64,000 nucleotides of DNA from Desulfobacterales bacterium (GTDB lineage: Bacteria; Desulfobacterota; Desulfobacteria; Desulfobacterales; SpSt-501). The stretch spans positions 514-64,513 of the forward strand of contig DATITS010000059.1 in the NCBI GenBank assembly GCA_035467535.1, written 5' to 3'. Shown here piece by piece: positions 43,496-51,906 of this stretch (positions are counted from its first letter, which is position 1; the number at the start of each line of letters is the position of its first letter). The position numbers and the translations under genes were made by a program. The notes beneath the pieces are model-generated. The model saw only the letters and a list, made by a program, of their open reading frames with translations. It searched no databases and was not told where the DNA came from.

Positions 43496-43516
43496 GTAGC
43501 ATGTAACATACTACAT
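43494..43516. promoter_or_regulatory. Imperfect 23-bp palindrome overlapping the GntR start codon (possible autoregulatory operator)
   Basis: ATGTAGCATGTAACATACTACAT. Confidence 0.35.
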
Positions 43517-43777
43517 TTTACAATGTCAAACTTTTTTATGAATTGGCCGCCTTTTATGAGAGGGTTGATTGAATCCATATAGCCGGTCAAGGGCGGGCGG
43601 GTGTCGGCGCAACGGTTGAAGCTTTCAAATTGGCAATTCGCTTGGCAGGCTGCCCATAAAAAGCCAATTCCAGGCAGGCTCTCCGTCAAAGTCGAGGCCT
43701 TGTTTAGGAGACAACGACTGTTCGTAGTGAGGCCATCCGGTATGCCTGAAGCGTATCTTCCTGGATGCCTGAAAATC

Positions 43778-43811
43778 GAAGCTTCCCTGCAGCAAGCTGC
43801 AGGGAAGCTTC
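43778..43811 (-). terminator. Perfect 16-bp-stem hairpin downstream of panB
   Basis: GAAGCTTCCCTGCAGC-AA-GCTGCAGGGAAGCTTC is followed on the - strand by GATTTTC. It lies 32 nt after the panB stop. A sister copy lies at 6007-6040. Confidence 0.7.
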
Positions 43812-43842
43812 GACGGTCAAGGAATGCGCTCGCTTGCGCGGT

Positions 43843-44697
43843 TCAGCTGCCCTGCATGAGTTTGAGAAACTTCGGCTCCTCGCCCTCGATCATTCGATAG
43901 CAGTGCTCGTCGCCGGGAAACTTGCCGGCGCGCACGTCGGCGCAATATTCCTTCATGGCCTTGGTGATGACCTCGGCCACGTTGCAGTATTTTTTGACAA
44001 ACTTGGGGGTGAACGCCTGGAATTGCCCGATCAAATCGCTGACGATCAAGAGCTGGCCGTCGCAGTGCAGACCGGCGCCGATGGAGAGCACCGGAATGCA
44101 GAGTTTCTGATGAATGTAACGCGTCACTTCGGGCGGCACCGCCTCTACCAGGATCATCTGCGCGCCGGCACTTTGCACGGCCAGGGCGTCTTCCACCACC
44201 AGCTTGGCCGCATCTGCCGTACGTCCCTGGGCCTTGTGGCCGCCCAGCACCCCCGAGCTCTGGGGGGTGAGTCCGATGTGGCCGACCACTAGAATACCGG
44301 CCTCTACGATGGCTTTTATGCGGCCGGCGGCCCGCACGCCGCCTTCGAGCTTTATGGCATCGACGCTGGCTTCCTTGAGAAACCGGCCGGCATTTTCCAC
44401 GGCCTTCTCATCGCTGACCTGATAGGAAAGAAACGGCATGTCGCCGATAACGAAGGTGTTGGGGGCCCCCCGGCGCACGGCGTCGCAGTGCAGGATGCAC
44501 TGGTCCATGGTCACCGGCACTGTTCCCGGGTATCCATAAACACACATTCCGAGCGAATCTCCGACCAGGAGCATGTCCAGCCCTGCGGCTTCGGCGAACT
44601 GGGCCGTCGGAAAATCGTAGGACGTGAGCCAGGTAACTTTGCGCCCCTCCTGTTTCATCTGGTAGAAATCGTGGATCATTAGTTTCTTTTTAGCCAT
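43843..44697 (-). CDS. panB: 3-methyl-2-oxobutanoate hydroxymethyltransferase
   Basis: LLVGDSLGMCVYGY, IKLEGG, VVGHIGLTPQS, GGHKAQGRT and LVEAVP are present. The start MAKKKLMIHDF follows GAGGA. Confidence 0.85.
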   Translation of the reverse strand: MAKKKLMIHDFYQMKQEGRKVTWLTSYDFPTAQFAEAAGLDMLLVGDSLGMCVYGYPGTVPVTMDQCILHCDAVRRGAPNTFVIGDMPFLSYQVSDEKAVENAGRFLKEASVDAIKLEGGVRAAGRIKAIVEAGILVVGHIGLTPQSSGVLGGHKAQGRTADAAKLVVEDALAVQSAGAQMILVEAVPPEVTRYIHQKLCIPVLSIGAGLHCDGQLLIVSDLIGQFQAFTPKFVKKYCNVAEVITKAMKEYCADVRAGKFPGDEHCYRMIEGEEPKFLKLMQGS

Positions 44698-44705
44698 TAC
44701 AGTCC

Positions 44706-45332
44706 TCACTTGTCAGCCATTGCTTTGATCAGCCCAGCCGCTCTGTCCGCGTTGAAAATTCCGCACATGCAGGGCTTGAACAGACGCTCGGCGCCCTGTT
44801 CCGGGGTCATTTCCCCGTTCTTGACCTTGGCCGCCGTATCTTCGATCAGCTTCACCGTGACCATGCCATGACCGCACATGGTATTCAGTTCCAAAACGTC
44901 CTGCGGCGGCAAGCGGTCGGTCCGGCCCCAGCGACCCAGGGTGTTGTTGACCGTATGAGGGGTCAGCCCGGCTTTCTTACAGCAATCACCCACCTTGCCA
45001 AAAAGGCCGGAGACGACCACGGATATGCCTAAATCCGCCGCCTTGAGTTCCTTGAGGGCAGCGGTCATCTTTTCCGGGTCGTTGAACACGGCGTGCACCA
45101 CCGCGCGGTCCTCAACGTGCTCCAAAAGCGTATCGAGGCCGCCTTGATAGTATTCGTTGCCCAGGCGGCAATCGCCAATCCGTATGGCGCCGTTCTTCAG
45201 GCTGATTTCCAGCATTTTTCGAAGCTTGGGGCCGGATCCGACGTGGTTGATATCCTTCGACGGCATGAAGAGCAGGACATAATCCCGGCTCAAGCTCTCG
45301 GGATTGCCCACTCGATGAAGCGTGTGAGTCAT
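44706..45332 (-). CDS. Conserved-looking protein of unknown function with a C-x-H...C-x-C motif
   Basis: MTHTLHRVGNPESLSRDYVLLFMP...ELNTMCGHGMVTVKLIED...LFKPCMCGIFN. The codon usage is coding-like. The start is tightly coupled to the upstream gene: AAGGAGG lies inside that gene and the gap is 1 nt. I do not recognise the family. Confidence 0.55.
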   Translation of the reverse strand: MTHTLHRVGNPESLSRDYVLLFMPSKDINHVGSGPKLRKMLEISLKNGAIRIGDCRLGNEYYQGGLDTLLEHVEDRAVVHAVFNDPEKMTAALKELKAADLGISVVVSGLFGKVGDCCKKAGLTPHTVNNTLGRWGRTDRLPPQDVLELNTMCGHGMVTVKLIEDTAAKVKNGEMTPEQGAERLFKPCMCGIFNADRAAGLIKAMADK

Positions 45333-45333
45333 C

Positions 45334-46053
45334 TTAGTCCTCCTTGAACACCGGTCGGCCAAGGCCGACGTTTGTTTTGCCATTTGGGGCGAACCAAATG
45401 CTATTTCTGCGCATTATCTCGTTCGTCGGGATTTCTCCGTTGGAGGATACCCGGGACGCTACACAAAGGGAAAAAACGGTTTCGATGCGTTGGCTCACCT
45501 CTTTGAGGCCGGCAAAGACCTGATCGAGCTTCTCCAGGGGCACGGAGAATTCGATGATGGCCGAGAGGACCTTCTCCTTGAGAACATCGTCTTTGAATTT
45601 GCCGGTCTTGACATCGGACATCAGGGAAGTGGTGGGGTTGGAGCGCTCGAATTCCACCCCCAACGTGGCCATGGCCATGGCGATTTTCTCCACATCGTAG
45701 AACCGTGCCCCCAGGGTAGGGCGGCCGACTTCGATGCCCACGCCGGCCCATCCATGTTTGAAGCGGCCTGTGACCTCGTTGGTCTTCATCTCCTCGGTCC
45801 CTCGCCCTGAAATGCCCGATTCCGGTGCGATGGTGAGAACGTCGCTCAAAACGCTGCGCACGGTGCGCGGCCATTCCAGTTTCTGCTGATAGATGGCCTC
45901 CGTCGGGCAGTCGGCCATTCTTAGGCAGTTGTAGCATTCCGTGCACTCGTCAAAATCGATTTCGGCGTGCTCATCACCGATCGTGATGGCCCCCACCGGG
46001 CAATAGACTTCGCACTGCCCGCACGCAATGCATTTTTCCGGGTCGATTCGCAT
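45334..46053 (-). CDS. 2x[4Fe-4S] ferredoxin domain fused to an uncharacterised domain of about 175 aa
   Basis: The N-terminus has CIACGQCEVYCP and CTECYNCLRMADCP. The rest (WPRTVRSVLSDVL...GRFKHGWAGVGIEVGRPTLG...) is unknown to me. AAAGGAGAA precedes the ATG. Confidence 0.7.
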   Translation of the reverse strand: MRIDPEKCIACGQCEVYCPVGAITIGDEHAEIDFDECTECYNCLRMADCPTEAIYQQKLEWPRTVRSVLSDVLTIAPESGISGRGTEEMKTNEVTGRFKHGWAGVGIEVGRPTLGARFYDVEKIAMAMATLGVEFERSNPTTSLMSDVKTGKFKDDVLKEKVLSAIIEFSVPLEKLDQVFAGLKEVSQRIETVFSLCVASRVSSNGEIPTNEIMRRNSIWFAPNGKTNVGLGRPVFKED

Positions 46054-46103
46054 TCAACTTTCTCCTTTCTTTGTGACGCGCTCGATGAGTCTTGGAAATA
46101 CGT

Positions 46104-47381
46104 TCACATCCCGGCCATCCACATCGTCGTCGGCAGATAGAAGATGACCAGCAGGATGATCAACACGATTGCTGCCAGGAACCAGAGGACATCGCGACTG
46201 ACAACCTCGATCGGCGCTTGGGCCACGAGGGCGGATATGTAAAGCGTCTGCCCCACGGGCGGAGTGAACAGGCCGATGCCCAAAACCATAGTGATCACCA
46301 CTCCAAGCTGAATCGGGTCAACCCCCAGGTTGGTGGCAAACGGAAAAAAGATCGGCGTAAAAATTAAAAGCGAAGGGGCCAGATCCAGGAAACAACCGGT
46401 GAAGAGCAGGATCGCCGAGATGACGATGAGCGCCATGTTTCCGTTGGAAATGTATTTGACCAAGCTATCCTGCAGGGCCAGGGGCACCCGGGAGAGCACG
46501 ATGACATAGGTGAGCATGAGGGAGGTGGCAATCAGAAAAACAACCACTCCGGTCACTTTGGCAGATTCCACCAGCATCCCGAAAAGGTCCTTTAACCCGA
46601 AGGCCCGGTAATAAAGCATCTCGATGACAATGACATATAGCGCCCCGATCAGAGCCGCTTCCGTCGTGGTGTAGACGCCGGCGAGGATGCCGCCCATGAC
46701 GATCACCGGGATGAACAAGGCGGGGAAGGCTTTCACCAATTGAGGCCAGACGATGGCAAAGGAAGGCCGCGGTGCCCGATAGTGCTTGCGCCGAAAGCCC
46801 AGTAGCCCTGCCGTGAGCATCATGGCCACACCGACCAGCACACCCGGTATTACGCCGGCCAGGAAGAGCTTCCGGATGGATACCTCAGTGACCCAGGCGT
46901 AAAGAATCATGGGAATGCTCGGCGGAATGATGATGCCGATCGTCGAAGAGGCGGCGTTGAGGGCCGCGGCATACCCCTTGCCGTAGCCTTTTCGGACCAT
47001 CTCCGGAATCATGACCCCACCGATACTCGAGGCATCGGCGACAGCTGAGCCTGAACAGCCGCCGAAGAACATGTTTACCACGACCATCACGGAACTCAGA
47101 CCGCCGTAGAACCAACCGACGAGGCTGTTGGCCAGGTCCATGAGATAATTGCCCGACTTTCCCCGGTTGAGAGCAATCCCCATCAGGACAAAGAACGGCA
47201 CGGCCATGATGGGCCAGGATTCAGTGGCCATGGCCATGCGATGGGTGAGGGCCTCCACGGGGATGCGGTCGGTTATAAAGCAGTAAAGCACCGCACACAT
47301 ACCCACTGAGAATGAAATCGGTATTCTCAGAAAAAATGCGAAGACCAGAAAGCCCACGCCACAAATGAATACTGCATCCAT
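46104..47381 (-). CDS. dctM: TRAP transporter large permease
   Basis: This is a 425-aa polytopic protein of typical DctM length and hydrophobic pattern, adjacent to dctQ and dctP. Confidence 0.85.
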   Translation of the reverse strand: MDAVFICGVGFLVFAFFLRIPISFSVGMCAVLYCFITDRIPVEALTHRMAMATESWPIMAVPFFVLMGIALNRGKSGNYLMDLANSLVGWFYGGLSSVMVVVNMFFGGCSGSAVADASSIGGVMIPEMVRKGYGKGYAAALNAASSTIGIIIPPSIPMILYAWVTEVSIRKLFLAGVIPGVLVGVAMMLTAGLLGFRRKHYRAPRPSFAIVWPQLVKAFPALFIPVIVMGGILAGVYTTTEAALIGALYVIVIEMLYYRAFGLKDLFGMLVESAKVTGVVVFLIATSLMLTYVIVLSRVPLALQDSLVKYISNGNMALIVISAILLFTGCFLDLAPSLLIFTPIFFPFATNLGVDPIQLGVVITMVLGIGLFTPPVGQTLYISALVAQAPIEVVSRDVLWFLAAIVLIILLVIFYLPTTMWMAGM

Positions 47382-47492
47382 ATCAGCCTCTTTCTCAGAC
47401 TTCTTTTTGTTTAACCTTGATGCACCGAGCCCGATTCGTGAATGGGCCTCATCTTTAGCGGACGCATATCATGTCAGCGACGGTCTATTTAC

Positions 47493-48014
47493 CTACGCCT
47501 TCGCTGGATCGTTCTCTTTCTTTACGTATCTTCCCTTGCCGAAGTCGGCCTGAAACTGGTCGATTATTTTTTCGATAACGAACACCATGAAAATCAGCGC
47601 GCCGACAGGAATTCCGATGAAGTAATAAATTTTGGGGAATTTCAAGACGACAAAACTGGAGCTCAAAGAAAGGGCAACATCCGACTCATAGTAGAAAATG
47701 ACGAAGAAGAAAGCGAGGGTCAAAAAGAGTTCAATATAACGGGCCACTTTGCGGAACCTGCGAGGCAGCCGGTCAAAAACCAGCGACACCCCCAGGTGAC
47801 TATCTTGTCGATAAGCGGCGGCCGCAGCTATGAAACAAACCCAGAGGAAAACAAACAGGGGGAATTCCTCGGCCCAACCGAAGGACACATTGAAAAGGTA
47901 GCGCGAAACGACCTGAACGCCGACGGAAATACACAGTGCGGTGAATGCGCAGCCGGCGAGTATGTTGCTCAAAAAATAGACTTTGTCAAAAAAGAATCTG
48001 CCGGCCCTGTTCAT
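47493..48014 (-). CDS. dctQ: TRAP transporter small permease
   Basis: This is a 4-TM protein of about 173 aa. The start MNRAGRFF (48014) follows GGGGAGG. Confidence 0.75.
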   Translation of the reverse strand: MNRAGRFFFDKVYFLSNILAGCAFTALCISVGVQVVSRYLFNVSFGWAEEFPLFVFLWVCFIAAAAAYRQDSHLGVSLVFDRLPRRFRKVARYIELFLTLAFFFVIFYYESDVALSLSSSFVVLKFPKIYYFIGIPVGALIFMVFVIEKIIDQFQADFGKGRYVKKENDPAKA

Positions 48015-48069
48015 GCGTGCCTCCCCTGATACCCGTCCCACTCGATGGCTGAAGATTTGCCGCCCTAAG

Positions 48070-48212
48070 CAGGGTGTTGGAAAACAAGCATCAGGCTGTC
48101 AGCCAAGGCGTGCGGCGTTTTGGAAAGCGCAGCATATGCGGTCATATGTGAGCATTTACAATAGCGGCACAACGCTGGATCACGGCCTCCGGCGCGTTTT
48201 TTCAACACCCTG
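48070..48212. mobile_element. Complete 143-bp MITE-like palindromic element, copy A
   Basis: The terminal inverted repeats are CAGGGTGTTGGAAAAC and GTTTTTTCAACACCCTG. In an ungapped hand alignment, 124 of 143 positions are identical to 50793-50935. It lies between dctP and dctQ. Confidence 0.65.
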
Positions 48213-48276
48213 TTAGATCACCGAGCCGGAGGCGGCTCCCCCGGCCCTGCGTGATCAACCATTCTGCCCGTCGAGC

Positions 48277-49341
48277 CTACTTGCTCTCCGGACCGAAGTA
48301 CACCTTCCCCGTCGGGTACTCTTTTCTAACTTTTTCCACCGCAGCCAGGACTTCGTTGACCTGATCGGCGCTCCATTTACCCTTGGCCCACGCGTAAACA
48401 GGCTCCACCGCCTTCCGGAATGGCGTCAGATCGGCCACATCGTTGATTTTCATGCCGGCCGCTTCCATGGCCTTGCGCTGGTTATCTTCGTTGGCGCCGA
48501 CCTTTTTGCGAAAGTATACGGCCGCTTCAAGAGCGGCCGCCTGGATGGCCTTGCGCTGGTTGTCGTCGAGTTTCTTCCAGGTCTTTTCAGAAATTATCAG
48601 CGGAAGGGTGCTGTACTGGTGCTTGGTCACAGACATATACTTCTGCACTTCGTAAAACTTGGAAGCGTAAATATTCATAAAAGGGTTTTCCTGGCCATCC
48701 ACGACCCCTTGCGACAACGCCGTGTAGAGCTCGGAATACGACATGGGCACGGCACTGCCGCCCAGGGCGTTGATGATGTTGATGGACATTTCGGACTGAA
48801 CAACGCGGATCTTCAACCCTGTCATGTCCGCCGGTGTATTGACGGGTCGAACGTTGTTGGTCATATGTCGGAACCCGTTGTCCCACGTGGCGAGATACCG
48901 GATGCCTTTTGAAATCAGCGGCTCATAATACTTGGCCACAAACGGCTGGTCCATGAAAGCGTAGGCTTGGGAATAGTTGTCGAACAGGTAGGGCAGTTCG
49001 AGGAGCTCCTGTGTTCTTTTGGGATCGAAAACGGAGACCAGGCCGGCCGTGGTGATGTAAAAATCCAGTGTGCCCATGGACACCTGCTCCTGACAGCCTT
49101 GGTGGGTTCCTAAAACACCGGCGGGGAATATCTCGATCTTCACCTCACCCTTCGAAAGCTCATCCACCCGCTTGGCGAAGAAAAGGGTGACGTCGTGGCG
49201 GATGTTCGCCACGGCCTCTGAATGGGCCAGTTTCAAATTCACTGTTTTGGCCGTGGCCGAATCCGCTGCCAACGACAGGAAGACCAACACGGAAAGCATT
49301 AGCCCTACTGACAACCAGGTGAAAGACTTTTGAGTGCGCAT
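48277..49341 (-). CDS. dctP: TRAP transporter substrate-binding protein
   Basis: A signal peptide is followed by a DctP-type fold (LKLAHSEAVANIRH..., RVVQSEMSI). The start MRTQKSF follows AAAGGAGAA. Confidence 0.85.
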   Translation of the reverse strand: MRTQKSFTWLSVGLMLSVLVFLSLAADSATAKTVNLKLAHSEAVANIRHDVTLFFAKRVDELSKGEVKIEIFPAGVLGTHQGCQEQVSMGTLDFYITTAGLVSVFDPKRTQELLELPYLFDNYSQAYAFMDQPFVAKYYEPLISKGIRYLATWDNGFRHMTNNVRPVNTPADMTGLKIRVVQSEMSINIINALGGSAVPMSYSELYTALSQGVVDGQENPFMNIYASKFYEVQKYMSVTKHQYSTLPLIISEKTWKKLDDNQRKAIQAAALEAAVYFRKKVGANEDNQRKAMEAAGMKINDVADLTPFRKAVEPVYAWAKGKWSADQVNEVLAAVEKVRKEYPTGKVYFGPESK

Positions 49342-49571
49342 CGTCGATTCTCCTTTTTGCATGAGTTAGGGTTGGCGGGGGGAGCACGTCACTCCCAGCA
49401 CTGTATTCCTGTATACACGAATACATTATCAACCATACCCCCCATCGAAAGTCAAGCCATTTTTAGATCGGATTTCACCTCCGGCTTGTTTGGAAAGCAA
49501 TCGATGGAAGGTTGCCACAGGCGTGAATTGCATTGACAGGTTATTTCGTTTCGGATATTCATTTTCAGAAT

Positions 49572-49585
49572 ACATGTATACATGT
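49572..49585. promoter_or_regulatory. Perfect 14-bp palindrome with a GntR-type core (candidate operator)
   Basis: ACATGTATACATGT lies about 28 nt upstream of the amidohydrolase start. A second TGTATACA lies at 49410-49417 in the same divergent region. Confidence 0.45.
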
Positions 49586-49612
49586 TTTAAGACTGGTCTC
49601 GAAAGGGCGAAT

Positions 49613-50803
49613 GTGAAGACGACGCTCGTGAAAGCGGACGCAATGGTTGACGTCGCCGTCGGACACGTCAACCGGCCTGGCGCTGTTCTGATCCGAGACG
49701 GCCGCATCATCGCCACTGGACCTGAGGCCGCCCAGCGGGTTTTCGGTGTGGATGAACGGATCGACTGTGAGGGGCAGACCCTCTTGCCAGGGCTGATCGA
49801 CTGCCACAATCATCTCTCCCTTGATCCGTCACTCGATAACTATTTGCTCCGAATGAACGACAGCATTCCAGAGCTCACCATCCGAGCGATAAATACCATG
49901 GCCATGGATCTTAACGCCGGAGTTACCACCTCCCGGTGCATGGGCGATAAAGGGTTCTTGGACATCGAATGCAAAAAGGCGGCCGCGGCCGGAGCAATCG
50001 CCGGGCCTCGGCTTCTTGTGGCCACCCGCGGTATCCGGGCGCCGAACGGCCATGGCTTTGTCGGTTATCCCTTCAGCGGAGTTGAAGCCATTCGCCAAGC
50101 CGTGAGGGAAAACCTGTCGGCCGGGGCTGACCTCATTAAGATTTACACCACGGGCACGGTGAAAAGCCCTAAGGGGCTGCCGCATTATTTTTCGCTCGAG
50201 GAGGTTCAGACATTGGTGGATGAGGCCCATCGCGCCGGTGTCCCGGTAGCCACCCATTGCATCGGTGGGCCGGGACTGACAATCGCCTTGAAAGCGGGTA
50301 TTGACGTAATCGAACATGGCTATTTCGCCTCTGACGAGGGGATCGACGAAATCGGAAACCTGGACCGGTGGCTGGTGATGACCCCCAGCATTTTCTATAC
50401 GGACGCACGCATCAAAACTCTTCCGCCGAATTTGATTCAGCCCCACCTCCAACAGCGTGAGGAGGTGGGGCAGCGGATGTCTGCGGCCATAAAATCGGGA
50501 ATTAAATTCGCCGTGGGCACGGATGGAATGCACGGCGGCCTGGCGCAAGAGATCAAATACCTGACTGATTTTGGCGCCTCTGCCGCTGCTGCAATCCGAG
50601 CGGCCACTATACAGGCCGCGATTCTTTGCGGATTGGAAAACGAAATCGGCACGCTGGAAGCCGGTAAGGCCGCCGACGTTATCGGGGTGGATGGCAACCC
50701 TTATGAAGACATCAGCGCCTTGTCCCGCGTCGCGACCGTGATTCAAGGGGGCAACATCATTCGATTCAAACATGGCGGCACAAGCGCTTTAACAGGGTGT
50801 TGA
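49613..50803 (+). CDS. Amidohydrolase family metal-dependent hydrolase
   Basis: LIDCHNHL (the HxH motif) is present, followed by IKIYTTG, VATHC and VGTDG. I propose the GTG start at 49613 (VKTTLVKADAMVD...) after GAAAGGG; the track's start at 49490 is probably too long. The last three codons and the stop lie inside the repeat at 50793. Confidence 0.75.
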   Translation: MKTTLVKADAMVDVAVGHVNRPGAVLIRDGRIIATGPEAAQRVFGVDERIDCEGQTLLPGLIDCHNHLSLDPSLDNYLLRMNDSIPELTIRAINTMAMDLNAGVTTSRCMGDKGFLDIECKKAAAAGAIAGPRLLVATRGIRAPNGHGFVGYPFSGVEAIRQAVRENLSAGADLIKIYTTGTVKSPKGLPHYFSLEEVQTLVDEAHRAGVPVATHCIGGPGLTIALKAGIDVIEHGYFASDEGIDEIGNLDRWLVMTPSIFYTDARIKTLPPNLIQPHLQQREEVGQRMSAAIKSGIKFAVGTDGMHGGLAQEIKYLTDFGASAAAAIRAATIQAAILCGLENEIGTLEAGKAADVIGVDGNPYEDISALSRVATVIQGGNIIRFKHGGTSALTGC

Positions 50804-50935
50804 AAAACAAGCATCCGGCCGTCAGCCCAGGCGTGCGGCGTTTTGGAAAGCGCAGCCTATTCTGGCATATGTGAACATTTACAATAGCCGCGCAACGCTG
50901 GATTACGGCGCGAGGTGCGGTTTTTCACCACCCTG
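50793..50935. mobile_element. Complete 143-bp MITE-like palindromic element, copy B
   Basis: The terminal inverted repeats are CAGGGTGTTGAAAAAC and GTTTTTCACCACCCTG. With one extra base at each end, the element is flanked by TA on both sides. It supplies the stop codon of the amidohydrolase. Confidence 0.65.
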
Positions 50936-50964
50936 TTAAATCGACCTGACACCGGAGGAACCAC

Positions 50965-51840
50965 ATGAACACGACGATTGGAATCATTGGCTTGGGCCGC
51001 TGCGGAATGCCGGCCGTGAAGCGTTTTGTTGAGAGCGGCTTTAAAGTCTACGGATATGCGCGCAGGCCCGAGGTCATTCAGCAATTTGCAAACGTGGGCG
51101 GGGAATTCATGCCAAGCCCGGCCGCAGTGGCCACCCGTGCGGCGGTGGTCATCGTAATGGTTCTCAACGACGACCAGGTGATCGATGTCATCACCGGACC
51201 GCAGGGTATTCTCGAGGGCGCCGCAGAGGGCTCGACGGTGATCTGCATGAGCACCATTAACCGCGACAACCTCGACTGGATGGCCAGGGAGTGTGAAGCC
51301 AAAAAGACCCATTTCATCGATTGTCCTTTCACCGGCGGACCCGCCCGGGTCGCCAACGGAACGCTCACGTTGATTGCCGCGGCCCCGGAACCCGTGCTGT
51401 CACCCTGCCGTGGCATCTTGGAGGTCATCGGCAAAATCACCTACGCCGGTGAAACCCCCGGCATGGGACAGGCCATCAAACACTGCAATCAACTCTTGGT
51501 GACCGCGATACACGCCGCAGCCATTGAGCTGATACTTCTTGCTCAAAAAAGCGGTGTCGATCCCAAGCTGGTCTGTGAGGTGGTGGGCAGCGGGATCGGA
51601 GGAAACGACTATTTCCGGCTTCTTTCGAAAGCCATTCTCGAAAAAACCTCATCACCGGGCGGCATGGGACAGCTCTGGAAAGATATCAACATCGTGATCA
51701 CTTCTGGCCGCAAACACAATTTGCCGCTGCTGGTCGCCTCTGCAGTGTCCCATTACTTCAACATGTCTGTCGCCCAGGGGCTGGCGAATGATGATTCTTC
51801 CAAAATGATGGACGTCATGTTGAAAATGATCGAAAAATAA
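50965..51840 (+). CDS. Beta-hydroxyacid dehydrogenase family (3-hydroxyisobutyrate / tartronate-semialdehyde / succinate-semialdehyde reductase-like)
   Basis: IGIIGLGRCGMPAV is the N-terminal Rossmann motif. The protein is 291 aa, with DCPFTGGP and GQAIKHCNQL. GGAGGAA precedes the ATG. Confidence 0.8.
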   Translation: MNTTIGIIGLGRCGMPAVKRFVESGFKVYGYARRPEVIQQFANVGGEFMPSPAAVATRAAVVIVMVLNDDQVIDVITGPQGILEGAAEGSTVICMSTINRDNLDWMARECEAKKTHFIDCPFTGGPARVANGTLTLIAAAPEPVLSPCRGILEVIGKITYAGETPGMGQAIKHCNQLLVTAIHAAAIELILLAQKSGVDPKLVCEVVGSGIGGNDYFRLLSKAILEKTSSPGGMGQLWKDINIVITSGRKHNLPLLVASAVSHYFNMSVAQGLANDDSSKMMDVMLKMIEK

Positions 51841-51906
51841 ATTTGCCACAGCCTTCCGGATAGACCTTCCGGTCTTTGACCAACACTTACGACACTCAGG
51901 TTGCCG

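Noticed and set aside
513-50935. The recurring GGGTGTTGAAAAA-box sequences as a CRISPR array
   Set aside because: The copies are tens of kb apart in separate intergenic regions, are not regularly spaced, vary in length and are internally palindromic. There are no cas genes. They are dispersed REP/MITE-like repeats instead.
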